Positions 45,178-55,141 of a stretch of 64,000 bases of DNA are shown one piece after another. This stretch comes from Acetomicrobium hydrogeniformans. GTDB lineage: Bacteria; Synergistota; Synergistia; Synergistales; JAFGMB01. The translations under genes were made by a program, and so were the position numbers. The number at the start of each line of letters is the position of its first letter. Position 1 is the stretch's first letter. Below the pieces are notes generated by a model that made no database searches, was not told the origin of the DNA, and worked only from the letters and a program-made list of their open reading frames with translations. Location of the stretch: the NCBI GenBank assembly GCA_016841745.1, contig JAENYO010000001.1:120799-184798 (forward strand), written 5' to 3'.

Positions 45178-45882
45178 TTATAAAAGCTGTTTCAGACCTT
45201 CAGAAGCAGCCCTGAATTCTGCAGATTTTCTCGAAGGTCCCTTTCCAGTACCTATTATATTATCTCCAACCTCGACTAGAATCTCGAAATAGGGCATGTG
45301 ATCTTGACCACTGACATTTACTAGTCTGTATGAAGGCTGTCCCAGACCTCTTTCCTGGGTTAAAAACTGAAGTCTGGATTTTGGATCAATAAATACTTCA
45401 GATTCAGGTATCTTGTAACTATCAGAAATGTGTGTCTTTATCAAAGGAAAGGCAGCTGGATATCCACCATCCATGAAAAGAGCCCCTAGAAAAGCTTCAA
45501 GAGAATCCGCGCTTAGAGACCTGATAACTCTTGACTCTGGATCTTTATTCCTTATTCGTGCAAGACCTTTCCCCAAGCGTAGTAATTCAGGAATCCCCAA
45601 TTCCAAAGCCCATTCCGAAAGGGCGGATTTACATACAAGATTTGATCTTAATCTTGTAAGATTTCCTTCATCTGAAAAAGGATATGACTCATAAAGGAAC
45701 TGGGAAACACAAAGCTCAAGAACTGAATCTCCCAGGAACTCCAGCCTTTCATTACAATAAGAAAGCCCCGACTCATGGGCATAGGAAGAGTGAGTCAGGG
45801 CCTGTTCAAGCAAATACAGATCTTTAAAGAAATAAGCTGTTTTATTTTGAAATTGTGAAAGGGCTTTATTCCACCAAACCAT
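45178..45882 (-). CDS. rnc: ribonuclease III
   Basis: Contains the NERLEFLGDSVLE signature and a C-terminal dsRBD. ATG 45882 fits the family N-terminus. The track start TTG 45897 is also possible. Confidence 0.9.
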   Translation of the reverse strand: MVWWNKALSQFQNKTAYFFKDLYLLEQALTHSSYAHESGLSYCNERLEFLGDSVLELCVSQFLYESYPFSDEGNLTRLRSNLVCKSALSEWALELGIPELLRLGKGLARIRNKDPESRVIRSLSADSLEAFLGALFMDGGYPAAFPLIKTHISDSYKIPESEVFIDPKSRLQFLTQERGLGQPSYRLVNVSGQDHMPYFEILVEVGDNIIGTGKGPSRKSAEFRAASEGLKQLL

Positions 45883-45902
45883 TTTTTTCTGCTGCAAGAG
45901 TA

Positions 45903-47150
45903 TTATCCCTCATATTTCTGGATTGCAAGTACTCCATTATGGCCACCAAAACCAAAACTGTTAATCAGGATACGTGAAACAGCTTGGTTTACACCATGTA
46001 ACCCAACAACTGGAATATTGCACTCAGGATCGGGATTTTCATAATTGATGGTAGGATGGACAAAACCTTCCTCTATCGACTGTATGGCAGCTATAGTCTC
46101 CAGGGCCCCTGCAGCTCCAAGACAGTGTCCGATCATTGATTTCGTGGAATTAATAAGCAAAGAATCTGTATATTCCCCGAATACAGTCCTTATCGCCGTA
46201 GATTCCATCTTGTCATTAAGAGGGGTAGATGTTCCGTGAGCATTAATTAGATCAACATCTTCGAGCCTCCAATTGGCCTTGATCATGGACTGCCTTATAG
46301 CTCTTACCGCACCTTCTCCCTTGGGGTCAGGAGCTGTTATATGGCTTGCGTCGCAGGTACAGCCGTATCCAACTACCTCCGCATAAATATGAGCACCTCT
46401 TGCTAGAGCATGTTCGAGTTCTTCCAGAACAAGTACCCCTGCGCCTTCTCCCATAATAAAACCATCCCTGTCCCTATCAAAGGGTCGGGATGCCCTGTGA
46501 GGTTCATCGTTTCTAGTGGAAAGAGCTTTCATAGCAGCAAAACCGGCAATACCTATAGATCTTAAGGCCGCCTCTGAACCACCAGCCAATATAACGTCAG
46601 CGTCATCTCTTACAATGGTATGATAGGCTTGACCAATGGTATCAGTCGCTGTAGCACAGGCAGTAACGATGCACATACATGGCCCCTTCGCCTGATGTTT
46701 TATTGCAACATATGCTGCAGACATATTACTTATCATCATGGGAATAAAGAACGGGCTAACTCTTGTAGGGCCTTTTTCCATAAGAATATGGAAGTTGTTA
46801 TAACTCGTTTCTATTCCACCCTGACCTGTACCGATGTAAACTCCAAATCTATAAGAATCCAGTTTTTCTACATCCAGGGCTGCATCATCAACAGCCATTG
46901 AAGAAGCAGCTACAGCAAAATGTATAACCTTGTCGGATCGTCTTGCCTCTTTTTTATCGAGCCACATCGTGGGGTCGAAATCTTTAACTTCTGCTCCAAA
47001 GGTTACCGGATATCCTTCTACGTCAAACTGAGCAATGGGAGCAACTCCATTTACCCCATTTTTTAAAGCATGCCAGTAATTTTCTTTGCCGTTTGCGATT
47101 GGACTTACAACTCCAAGACCTGTAAGGACCACTCTTCTCAAGTTTGTCAC
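45903..47150 (-). CDS. fabF: 3-oxoacyl-[ACP] synthase II
   Basis: 415 aa with active-site Cys (ACATATD) and His (HGTSTP, GHCLGAAG) contexts. The start is either GTG 47150 or TTG 47141 (GGAG 8 nt upstream). Confidence 0.95.
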   Translation of the reverse strand: MTNLRRVVLTGLGVVSPIANGKENYWHALKNGVNGVAPIAQFDVEGYPVTFGAEVKDFDPTMWLDKKEARRSDKVIHFAVAASSMAVDDAALDVEKLDSYRFGVYIGTGQGGIETSYNNFHILMEKGPTRVSPFFIPMMISNMSAAYVAIKHQAKGPCMCIVTACATATDTIGQAYHTIVRDDADVILAGGSEAALRSIGIAGFAAMKALSTRNDEPHRASRPFDRDRDGFIMGEGAGVLVLEELEHALARGAHIYAEVVGYGCTCDASHITAPDPKGEGAVRAIRQSMIKANWRLEDVDLINAHGTSTPLNDKMESTAIRTVFGEYTDSLLINSTKSMIGHCLGAAGALETIAAIQSIEEGFVHPTINYENPDPECNIPVVGLHGVNQAVSRILINSFGFGGHNGVLAIQKYEG

Positions 47151-47194
47151 TCCTCTAAAAGGGAATTTACCCTATCTCCAGAATAGTTACTTAA

Positions 47195-47228
47195 GGGGGA
47201 TGGCGGCTGAGAAGAGTCCGCCTCCCCC
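47195..47228 (-). other. GC-rich hairpin between acpP and fabF (mRNA processing/partial termination candidate)
   Basis: On the minus strand: GGGGGAGGCGG-11 nt-CCGCC(A)TCCCCC. No U-tract follows. Confidence 0.4.
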
Positions 47229-47263
47229 ATGAATTCGAAACACATAATTTAGGATATTTCTGA

Positions 47264-47515
47264 TTATTCCTCTACGTTGAGCTTGTTGAATGTGTAATTC
47301 ATAGCCTCTCCGACGGTTGTAAGCTTTTCAGCATCTTCGTCGGGTATTTCAATATCAAATTCCTCCTCGATACCCATGATAAGTTCAACTATATCCAGGG
47401 AATCGGCACCAAGATCCTCAACAAAAGAGGCATCAGGAACTATCTGATCCTCTTCAGCATCCAACCTGTCTATTATTATTTCTTTCAGTCTTCCAAGAAG
47501 CTCTTCTTTTTTCAT
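47264..47515 (-). CDS. acpP: acyl carrier protein
   Basis: 83 aa with the phosphopantetheine site [11 protein letters not shown]. Confidence 0.95.
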   Translation of the reverse strand: MKKEELLGRLKEIIIDRLDAEEDQIVPDASFVEDLGADSLDIVELIMGIEEEFDIEIPDEDAEKLTTVGEAMNYTFNKLNVEE

Positions 47516-47540
47516 TCTCCTTCACCTCCCTCCGTAATTA

Positions 47541-48287
47541 TTAACACGTAGTCATTCCGCCGTCTACGGCAATAACTTGTCCAGATATATAGCCAGCCTC
47601 TTCAGAGGCAAGAAAAGCAACCAGTTTCGCGACATCTATGGGCAAGCCAGCCCTTTCCAGGGGTATCTGACGCAACATTGCATCTCTGGCAGAATCACCC
47701 AATATCCTGGTCATATCAGTGTCAATAAAACCGGGAGCGACAGCATTAACTGTTATTCCCTTTGATCCATATTCCCGCGCCAGTGTCTTTGTTAAACCAA
47801 TAATCCCGGCTTTTGAAGCCACATAATTAGCCTGTCCAGGATTACCAGTAAGAGCAACAACGGACGATATATTAATTATCCTCCCCCACTTCTCTTTCAT
47901 CATAGGCCTTATGGCTTCTTTGGAACAATAGAAAGCGGAAGAGAGATTTGAAGCGAGCACAGAACTCCATTCTTCATCTTTCATCCTCATTAAAAGATTA
48001 TCCCTGGTGATGCCGGCATTGTTTACGAGAATATCCACGGAGCCCAATTCATCTCTTGCAGCAGAGAACATTTTCTTCACTGAGTTATGATCAGATACAT
48101 CTGCATGTATAGACATGGAAGGCACACCGAGAATCCCTATCTGTTCGCATAATTCCCTTGCCGGAGCTTCACTTCTTGCATAGTTCACCACTACGCCATA
48201 TCCTCTTAACGCAAGTTCCATTGCTATAGCACGTCCGATCCCTCTGCCTGATCCGGTTACAAGGGCGATCTTTCTTCTGGAGTTCAA
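47541..48287 (-). CDS. fabG: 3-oxoacyl-[ACP] reductase
   Basis: 248 aa SDR with [12 protein letters not shown] and YVASKAG. Confidence 0.9.
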   Translation of the reverse strand: MNSRRKIALVTGSGRGIGRAIAMELALRGYGVVVNYARSEAPARELCEQIGILGVPSMSIHADVSDHNSVKKMFSAARDELGSVDILVNNAGITRDNLLMRMKDEEWSSVLASNLSSAFYCSKEAIRPMMKEKWGRIINISSVVALTGNPGQANYVASKAGIIGLTKTLAREYGSKGITVNAVAPGFIDTDMTRILGDSARDAMLRQIPLERAGLPIDVAKLVAFLASEEAGYISGQVIAVDGGMTTC

Positions 48288-49237
48288 AGCTGATCACTCT
48301 CCTTTAAAAAATCAGATACAGAATCAAGAGATTCCCTATTTGAAACTGATAGGACTCTTGAACCCTTTATTGTTTTCTTTATCAGTCCGGAAAGGACTTT
48401 TCCTGGACCTATCTCCAGAAAGGATTTTATACCATTTTCTTCCATATAAAAAATTGAATCCGACCATAGAACAGGCATATATGTCTGCTCGGCCAATGCG
48501 TGAATTATTTCCTCCCTATCTTGTACAGCTTTGGCAGAAAAATTGGCTACGATTGGACAGGCTGGCCTTGACAAGGCACATTTCCCTGCTGCTTCTCTTA
48601 GTTTGGAAGCTATCGGCTTCAACAACTGACTATGAAAAGGAGCACTGACCTTCAGCATTAAGGCACGTTTGGCACCTCTCTGCTTTGCAATGGAAAGGGC
48701 TTTTTCCACAGCCTCCCTGTGTCCTGATATTACTGTCTGACCTGGAGAATTAAAATTCGCAGCCTGACAGACTTTATTACCAGATGCTTCATTGCACAAG
48801 GAAATAACTTCTTCTGAAGGAAGACCCAATATGGCTGCCATAATACCTTCTCCAAGAGGAACAGCTTCCTGCATCAATTTTCCCCTTAAATGGACAAGCC
48901 TGACCCCTTCTTCAAGAGAAAGAGCACCAGATGCAACAAGAGCAGTATATTCGCCAAGACTATGACCTGCCATATAGTCAGGAGTTATCTTCAGGCCCAT
49001 ATTGATGGTTAGTGTTCTAAGGACAGCAATGCTCATGGTAAGGATGGCTGGCTGAGTATAGGCTGTTTTCTGTAATTCTGATTCCGGACCTTCAAAAATT
49101 ATATCGCTGAGTTTAAAACCCAGGGCTTCATCAGCACAATCAAAAACAGACTTTGCAGCATCGAATTTATTATAGAGGATCTTGCCCATTCCAACTTCCT
49201 GAGCTCCCTGTCCGGGAAAGACTACTGCATAGGTCAA
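48284..49237 (-). CDS. fabD: malonyl CoA-ACP transacylase
   Basis: 317 aa with FPGQGAQ and the GHSLGEY active site. Confidence 0.9.
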   Translation of the reverse strand: MTYAVVFPGQGAQEVGMGKILYNKFDAAKSVFDCADEALGFKLSDIIFEGPESELQKTAYTQPAILTMSIAVLRTLTINMGLKITPDYMAGHSLGEYTALVASGALSLEEGVRLVHLRGKLMQEAVPLGEGIMAAILGLPSEEVISLCNEASGNKVCQAANFNSPGQTVISGHREAVEKALSIAKQRGAKRALMLKVSAPFHSQLLKPIASKLREAAGKCALSRPACPIVANFSAKAVQDREEIIHALAEQTYMPVLWSDSIFYMEENGIKSFLEIGPGKVLSGLIKKTIKGSRVLSVSNRESLDSVSDFLKESDQL

Positions 49238-49269
49238 TCTTTTTCACCTCAGATCAAGATTTTACAGTT

Positions 49270-50220
49270 CTAAACATCTCTAAACATACTAGAGAGTTCA
49301 TTGATTACTGCATCTGCCTCATTGAACATTTCCTGAATAATATCCGAAGCGGGCTGAACAGCTTTTACAAGGGCAGCACATTGGCCAGCCATGATTGAAC
49401 CCCATATGACATTGCCATCTACAACAGCAGCCCTCAGTTTTCCGCTACCAAGCTTTTCAAATTCTTCAACAGGAACGTTGTCCCTTTCCATTCTTTCAAG
49501 TTCGGAAGTTAGTTTATTCCTGATACATCTGACAGGATGTCCTGTATATCTCCCCGTAACGACAGTACTCCTGTCTTTTGCTAATACTATCGACTGTTTA
49601 TAGGATTCATGGATATTGGATTCGGAGCAGCAGGCCAGTCTGGTGCCTATCTGTACTCCCTCTGCCCCAAGGGCAAAGGCAGCTACAAGGCTTCTTCCAT
49701 CTGCAATACCACCTGCAGCTAACACAGGTATATCCACTGAATCTGCAATTTGTGGAACAAGGACCATAGTTGTCAGTTCTCCTACATGTCCACCTGCTTC
49801 AGTTCCTTCTGCAACTACTGCATCGGCTCCCTGTTTTTGAGCTCTTTTAGCAAGGGCTACAGAAGCCACAACAGGTATTACAGTTGTACCGATTGGTTTA
49901 AGTCTTTCTATCACCTTGCCTGGTGTTCCTGCCCCTGTAGTCACTACAGGAACTTTATGTTGATAAGCCAGTTCAATGGCATCATCAGCCGTCGAAGAAA
50001 GAAGCATTATATTTACACCAAAAGGTTTATCTGTCAGTTCCTTTACTTTTTTCAGTTGTAGGTCAAGAAGTTCCGGGGGCATATTAGCAGCAGCAACAAT
50101 GCCGAGACCACCTGCATTACTTACAGCAGCAGCAAGAATTGCATCAGCAACCCATGCCATTCCCCCTTGAATCAACGGATATTCTACATTAAGAAGTCTG
50201 GTTACCCTGTTATTCCACAT
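49270..50220 (-). CDS. fabK: enoyl-[ACP] reductase II (FabK, nitronate monooxygenase fold)
   Basis: 316 aa with IQGGMAWVA and AAGGIADGR, lying in the fab operon. Confidence 0.8.
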   Translation of the reverse strand: MWNNRVTRLLNVEYPLIQGGMAWVADAILAAAVSNAGGLGIVAAANMPPELLDLQLKKVKELTDKPFGVNIMLLSSTADDAIELAYQHKVPVVTTGAGTPGKVIERLKPIGTTVIPVVASVALAKRAQKQGADAVVAEGTEAGGHVGELTTMVLVPQIADSVDIPVLAAGGIADGRSLVAAFALGAEGVQIGTRLACCSESNIHESYKQSIVLAKDRSTVVTGRYTGHPVRCIRNKLTSELERMERDNVPVEEFEKLGSGKLRAAVVDGNVIWGSIMAGQCAALVKAVQPASDIIQEMFNEADAVINELSSMFRDV

Positions 50221-50231
50221 TTATGATCACC

Positions 50232-51230
50232 TCAAGCTTGATAGATCAAAGAGCCGTATGTCATTCCTGCTCCAAAACTGGCAAGAAGAACCCTGTCTCC
50301 CTCCTTGATACGTCCATCCTTCATTGCCTCATGAAGCGCTATCAGTGTCGATGCTGCAGATGTGTTACCATATCTGGCAAGATCTATTACAGCCTTTTCT
50401 GAAGGTACACTGAGCCTTTTCATTACACTTTCAATTATGCGAAGATTTGCCTGGTGGAATATCCACCAGTCAATATCTTCAACTGTCAATCCGGAATTCT
50501 CACACAACTTAGTGATGAACGGAGGTAGAACCTTATTTACAAATTTGAATACTTCATTGCCCTTCATATGCACATAATGCAGGTTATTCTGCAGTGTTTC
50601 CAGATTTGCAGGGTTGGCAATCAGACCTGCAGGAAGAGTTATCAGCTCAGACTTTTCTCCATCTGAACATAGCCTGGTTGACAGAAGCCTGGATGAAGCA
50701 CCATCCGATTTTGCTAAAATAACGGCTCCTGCACCATCGCCAAAAAGGACACAAGTATTCCTGTCTTTCCAGTTGACAATGCGGGAAAGTACCTCTGCTC
50801 CAATTACAAGGACCTTATTCCATACTCCTGAAGCAATCCCGGACGCTCCGACAGCCAGTGCATAAATGCAACTGGTACAACCAGCCTGCACATCAAATGC
50901 GCCAGCATTTGATGCTCCAAGTTTTCCCTGTACAATAGGCCCGACCCCAGGGAAAAGTGTATCCGGAGTATTAGTGGCTACGATGATCATATCTATTTCT
51001 GACCTATCTATACCCGCATCTAAAAGAGCTGACTCTGCTGCCATTAAGGCAAGATCACTTGTCATTTCATTGTCAGAAGCAATATGGCGTTCCTTTATTC
51101 CTGTCCTCTCGACTATCCACTGATCACTGGTATCGACCATTTTAGACAGATCATTATTTGTAAGAACTTTTTCAGGAATACATATTCCCGTTCCGATTAT
51201 TGAAACAGCATTACCGCAAAATAAAGCCAT
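50232..51230 (-). CDS. fabH: 3-oxoacyl-[ACP] synthase III
   Basis: 332 aa with the active-site Cys context AGCTSCIYAL, plus HQAN and GNTSAAS. Confidence 0.9.
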   Translation of the reverse strand: MALFCGNAVSIIGTGICIPEKVLTNNDLSKMVDTSDQWIVERTGIKERHIASDNEMTSDLALMAAESALLDAGIDRSEIDMIIVATNTPDTLFPGVGPIVQGKLGASNAGAFDVQAGCTSCIYALAVGASGIASGVWNKVLVIGAEVLSRIVNWKDRNTCVLFGDGAGAVILAKSDGASSRLLSTRLCSDGEKSELITLPAGLIANPANLETLQNNLHYVHMKGNEVFKFVNKVLPPFITKLCENSGLTVEDIDWWIFHQANLRIIESVMKRLSVPSEKAVIDLARYGNTSAASTLIALHEAMKDGRIKEGDRVLLASFGAGMTYGSLIYQA

Positions 51231-52234
51231 TAGCGTTCTCCTCCCTGTTCTAATTCTTGTTTAATCAGTTCTACCCCCTGCTGTAAAACAAAACTTCTCG
51301 CAACACTCAGAGCACTTTTTATAGCAGTAGATTTAGATCTTCCGTGAGCTTTAATGACAGCTCCATTAACCCCAAGAAGAGGAGTCCCTCCTCGTTTTTC
51401 ATAATCAAAACGAGTCCATAGATCTTTCAGCATGGGAAGCATGAACATCATTCCAACCTTGGGGAGAACTCTATGCCCCATTTCCTCTTTAAGGATAGAA
51501 TATATTGCCTGTCCAAGACCTTCTGCAAATTTGAGGAGAGCATTCCCCGTAAAACCATCACAGACAACTACATCCGCTACACTAAAGGGAATGGAATCTC
51601 CCTCGAGATACCCGTAAAAGTTTAAGTGACTGGACTTAATTAGATCCCTTGCGGCAGAAACAACTTCATCTCCCTTTATCTCTTCGGTCCCATTAGACAG
51701 AAGGGCAATATTGGGAGAATTAACACCCAGGATATGTTTTGCATAAAAGTCACCCATCAGAGCAAACTGGTAGAGGTTCACAGGTTTGCAGCGCACTGTG
51801 GCTCCTACATCCAGAAGAAAGGTATCCTTATTAAGGGTTGGAAGAGCAACACCAAGGGCTGGCCTGTCAATACCCTGTATTCGTCCTATGACCAGAACTC
51901 CTCCTGCAACAATAGCACCAGTATTCCCTGCTGAAACACATCCCTGTGCTTCACCTGAACGAACCATCTGCATAGCTACCCTCATGCTGGAATGCCTTTT
52001 TTTCCTAATAGCTACAGTAGGCAGTTCATTCATGCCTATTGATTCCTCCGCATGAACGACATGTAACCTTTTTAAAGCATTTTTTTCAACTGATGATAAT
52101 TCTTTTTTTATAAGATTTTCATCACCGACCAGGAGGACCTCCAGATCGGAATGTAATTCACAAGCTTCAATCGCACCCAAACAGGTTTCTTTGGGAGCAT
52201 GATCTCCACCCATGGCATCAAGAGCCAAGATCAA
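51230..52234 (-). CDS. plsX: phosphate acyltransferase
   Basis: 334 aa with ILALDAMGGDHAP and GFTGNALLK. Confidence 0.9.
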   Translation of the reverse strand: MILALDAMGGDHAPKETCLGAIEACELHSDLEVLLVGDENLIKKELSSVEKNALKRLHVVHAEESIGMNELPTVAIRKKRHSSMRVAMQMVRSGEAQGCVSAGNTGAIVAGGVLVIGRIQGIDRPALGVALPTLNKDTFLLDVGATVRCKPVNLYQFALMGDFYAKHILGVNSPNIALLSNGTEEIKGDEVVSAARDLIKSSHLNFYGYLEGDSIPFSVADVVVCDGFTGNALLKFAEGLGQAIYSILKEEMGHRVLPKVGMMFMLPMLKDLWTRFDYEKRGGTPLLGVNGAVIKAHGRSKSTAIKSALSVARSFVLQQGVELIKQELEQGGER

Positions 52235-52848
52235 AAGCGCACACTCCCCTCTAAGGTAGTTTGTTCTTCAGGATAGACAGAACTGACTATAAATCTTCCG
52301 ACAAAGATTTCTTCGTTACTGACCTTTGTACGCACACTCACTATATATCTATTACCCTTATGTATCCCGACTTTTGCTCTGGCAGTAAGTATATCTCCAA
52401 CCTTGGCATGGGATTTAAATCGCCCCCTCATTGAAGTAACTATTACCATATCCGCTTCTATCACAGCAATGGCAAGAGAGCTGGCATGGGCATAAATATA
52501 GTGATCCCATATAAGATCGGTATGTCTGAAGACCATATCCTTTTTTGTTTGAAGCATGGAAAGAGCCCATTTATTAGGCTCCAGCTCCAGAAGCTCTCCT
52601 GTCACTTCTTCCTGCTTAAGTGACCTGAGCTTACTCGTGGCTTTTTGAGCCATAAGACGCATACGTTCCCTAAGCTCCGGGATACCCATAAGTGCTCTAT
52701 CAAGACGAACAGTTCCAAGACTTGCTCCCAGATTTTCGGAAAGTTCTTTATCTGTAAAAAGTGGGTTCTGTTTTATCAGTTTCTGTAACTTCTGTTGCCT
52801 GGCCCTTTTATTAATTGAACGGATTTTAAACAGCTCCCCTTTTAGCAC
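52231..52848 (-). CDS. fapR: fatty acid/phospholipid synthesis regulator FapR
   Basis: Has an N-terminal HTH (NKRARQQKLQKLIKQNPLFTDKELSENLGASLGTVRLDRALMGIPELRERM) and a hot-dog domain. The start is GTG. Confidence 0.85.
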   Translation of the reverse strand: MLKGELFKIRSINKRARQQKLQKLIKQNPLFTDKELSENLGASLGTVRLDRALMGIPELRERMRLMAQKATSKLRSLKQEEVTGELLELEPNKWALSMLQTKKDMVFRHTDLIWDHYIYAHASSLAIAVIEADMVIVTSMRGRFKSHAKVGDILTARAKVGIHKGNRYIVSVRTKVSNEEIFVGRFIVSSVYPEEQTTLEGSVRF

Positions 52849-52858
52849 CTGCTATTAA
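52842..52858. promoter_or_regulatory. candidate FapR operator TTAGCACCTGCTATTAA
   Basis: A 17-bp imperfect inverted repeat overlaps the fapR GTG start, ~16-32 nt downstream of the predicted TSS. It resembles the Bacillus FapR box as I remember it (TTAGTACC...TACTAA). Confidence 0.3.
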
Positions 52859-52880
52859 TATCAGCTCCAAAGACATGGTG

Positions 52881-52909
52881 AGTATAATTATTTTCCTGTG
52901 AATGGTCAA
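52881..52909 (-). promoter_or_regulatory. sigma70-type promoter of fapR-plsX-fab operon
   Basis: On the minus strand: TTGACC, a 17-nt spacer, then TATACT. Confidence 0.55.
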
Positions 52910-52920
52910 GGGGGAGAAAG

Positions 52921-52957
52921 TAAAAACAAAACTGGGGGGCTCAAAGCCCCCCAGTTT
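52921..52957 (-). terminator. intrinsic terminator after rpmF
   Basis: On the minus strand: AAACTGGGGGGC-tttga-GCCCCCCAGTTT followed by TGTTTTTA. Confidence 0.9.
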
Positions 52958-53009
52958 GCAAGATCCACATAAGATCCAAGCCTCATTAATCCGTAAACAC
53001 AACTGAAGA

Positions 53010-53207
53010 TTACTCTTCTTCTGCCTCTTTTGTCTGGACAACTTTCCGGCCCTTATAAAAGCCACATTCAGGGCAAGCGTGGTAATTCATGATAACTTCT
53101 CCACAGTGAGAACAGGTCGTCATCTGAGGAGCCGTCGCTGAACCTAGCCACTGTGATTTCCTTTTATGACTACGGGCATGAGAAACCCTACTTTTCGGCA
53201 CTGCCAT
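53010..53207 (-). CDS. rpmF: 50S ribosomal protein L32
   Basis: The product starts MAVPKSRVSHARSHKRKSQW and has the CxxC...CxxC zinc ribbon. Confidence 0.95.
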   Translation of the reverse strand: MAVPKSRVSHARSHKRKSQWLGSATAPQMTTCSHCGEVIMNYHACPECGFYKGRKVVQTKEAEEE

Positions 53208-53228
53208 TGCTATTCCCTCCTTTACCGC

Positions 53229-53801
53229 CTATTTTCCAGTATCATTCTGCTCGATGTTCTTTAAAATCTCAAATCTTGGATCAACTTCTTCCCTTACACA
53301 ATTGCATGATCCACTGTTAAGGTTAACTCCGCAAACTGGGCAAATACCATTACAATCCTCTTTACAAAGCACCTTCCCCGGGAGACTTAATATAAAAGAA
53401 TCCCAGATCTGGGATGTGATATCAAGATAAGACCCCCATGAATCTATACAAATAAAACTATCATCTCCATGTCCATCGAAACGCTCGGAAGAATCGTTTT
53501 TAGAAGACAGACTATAAAGATAACTGAATTTCTCCTTTATTGCAACTCCTGCTGGATCAAGACACCTGGAACATGGAACTTCGACGTTTGAAGCGACCCA
53601 TATTTCAACATAAAAGTCAGGTCTAGTCCAGCTCCCTCTAACATCAACTTTCAGTGGTTCCAGAAACCTGTAATCCTGTCCCAGATAAGCTAATTCAGAT
53701 AATATCTCGATTTTCCAGGATTTTTCAATTACTATACTGTCTTCGGGATCTGGAAGATTAAGAAAAAAACCCCACTCCTCTGGCATTTCTGTTATTGCCA
53801 T
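53229..53801 (-). CDS. yceD: YceD/DUF177 family protein
   Basis: Contains PCSRCLDP and CKEDCNGICPVCGVNLN and lies upstream of rpmF, as is usual. GGGGTG lies 5 nt before ATG 53801. The track start is TTG 53825. Confidence 0.8.
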   Translation of the reverse strand: MAITEMPEEWGFFLNLPDPEDSIVIEKSWKIEILSELAYLGQDYRFLEPLKVDVRGSWTRPDFYVEIWVASNVEVPCSRCLDPAGVAIKEKFSYLYSLSSKNDSSERFDGHGDDSFICIDSWGSYLDITSQIWDSFILSLPGKVLCKEDCNGICPVCGVNLNSGSCNCVREEVDPRFEILKNIEQNDTGK

Positions 53802-53830
53802 GATAACACCCCGCATCAAGGGCAAATGGT

Positions 53831-55033
53831 TTATTTTGTTTCTGAAACGATTTTTTTAGTATCTCTTGCAATAACAAGCTCCTCATTGGTCGGGATAACC
53901 ATAATCTTTACTTTTGACCCATCTGTACTTATGAAGGTTTCTTTTCCGCGCACATTGTTCTTTTCAAGGTCAATTTCTGCTCCAAGGAATTCGAGACCCT
54001 GGCACACCTTGGCCCTGGTAGGGATGCTGTTCTCTCCTATACCGGCCGTAAATACTATTGCATCTATTCCACCCATTGCTGCAGCATAGGCACCAATATA
54101 TTTTCTGATCCCGTAACAAAGCATTTTTTCGGCAAGTCCGGCTCGATCATTTCCCTTTTCAGCAGCTTCTTCGACATCGCGAAGATCACTGCTTACTCCT
54201 GAAATACCCAGTATGCCGCTTTCTTTATTAAGTATATGGCTCATAGCTTTAGGATCTATACCATCCTGCTCGGCAAGGAAAGTAATAAGGAGAGGGTCCA
54301 GATCTCCACACCTTGTCCCCATTATTACACCGGGAACAGGCGTAAAGCCCATACTCGTATCCACTGACTTACCTCCATCTACGGCAGAAATGGAACTTCC
54401 ATTTCCGAGATGGCAGGTCACTATCTTCAGGTCTTCTACTGGTTTACCCATAATGGAAGCAGCCCTGTTTGCAACATAATAATGACTGGTTCCGTGAAAA
54501 CCATATCTCCTTACCCTGTATGTTTCGTAATAATGGTAGGGTACTCCATACATATATGCGTAATCAGGCATTGTCTGGTGAAATGCAGTATCGAAAACTC
54601 CTACCTGGGGAACATCAGGAAGAACATCCACCATAGCTTCAATTCCCATAAGATTCGCAGGATTGTGTAACGGAGCAAGAGGAACACATTCCTCTAGTGC
54701 ATCTATTACATCCTTGTCGATCATAACGGAGCAGGCAAATTTTTCTCCTCCATGAACGACCCTGTGACCAACTGCAGTGATCTCATCCAGGCTTTTAATA
54801 ACACCAACTTTTTCATCAAGAAGTTCTTCAAGAACATGTTTTATTGCTACCTTATGATTGGCAATATCAACATTTTTAGTCACACTGTCAATTCCCACCT
54901 TGGTATGCTTGATCCTTGAGCCATCGATCCCAATTCTTTCCACCAGGCCTTTAGCCATTGGTTGCTCGATTTCCATATCAAAAAGCTGGTATTTCAGTGA
55001 TGAACTTCCACAGTTAAGAACAAGAACTTTCAT
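53831..55033 (-). CDS. ackA: acetate kinase
   Basis: 400 aa starting MKVLVLNCGSSSLKYQLF, with RRYGFHGTSH. Confidence 0.95.
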   Translation of the reverse strand: MKVLVLNCGSSSLKYQLFDMEIEQPMAKGLVERIGIDGSRIKHTKVGIDSVTKNVDIANHKVAIKHVLEELLDEKVGVIKSLDEITAVGHRVVHGGEKFACSVMIDKDVIDALEECVPLAPLHNPANLMGIEAMVDVLPDVPQVGVFDTAFHQTMPDYAYMYGVPYHYYETYRVRRYGFHGTSHYYVANRAASIMGKPVEDLKIVTCHLGNGSSISAVDGGKSVDTSMGFTPVPGVIMGTRCGDLDPLLITFLAEQDGIDPKAMSHILNKESGILGISGVSSDLRDVEEAAEKGNDRAGLAEKMLCYGIRKYIGAYAAAMGGIDAIVFTAGIGENSIPTRAKVCQGLEFLGAEIDLEKNNVRGKETFISTDGSKVKIMVIPTNEELVIARDTKKIVSETK

Positions 55034-55053
55034 TTCATAGAGCCTCCCTATAT

Positions 55054-55082
55054 TTGACCTAAATCTACTTGACCTTTATGAT
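55054..55082 (+). promoter_or_regulatory. sigma70-type promoter of tmcAL
   Basis: TTGACC, a 17-nt spacer, then TATGAT. Confidence 0.45.
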
Positions 55083-55141
55083 TTTCTCGACGTATCTTTA
55101 CACCAACCCATGTTTCTGCAAACTAGAAAGGAGAAGGAGAA

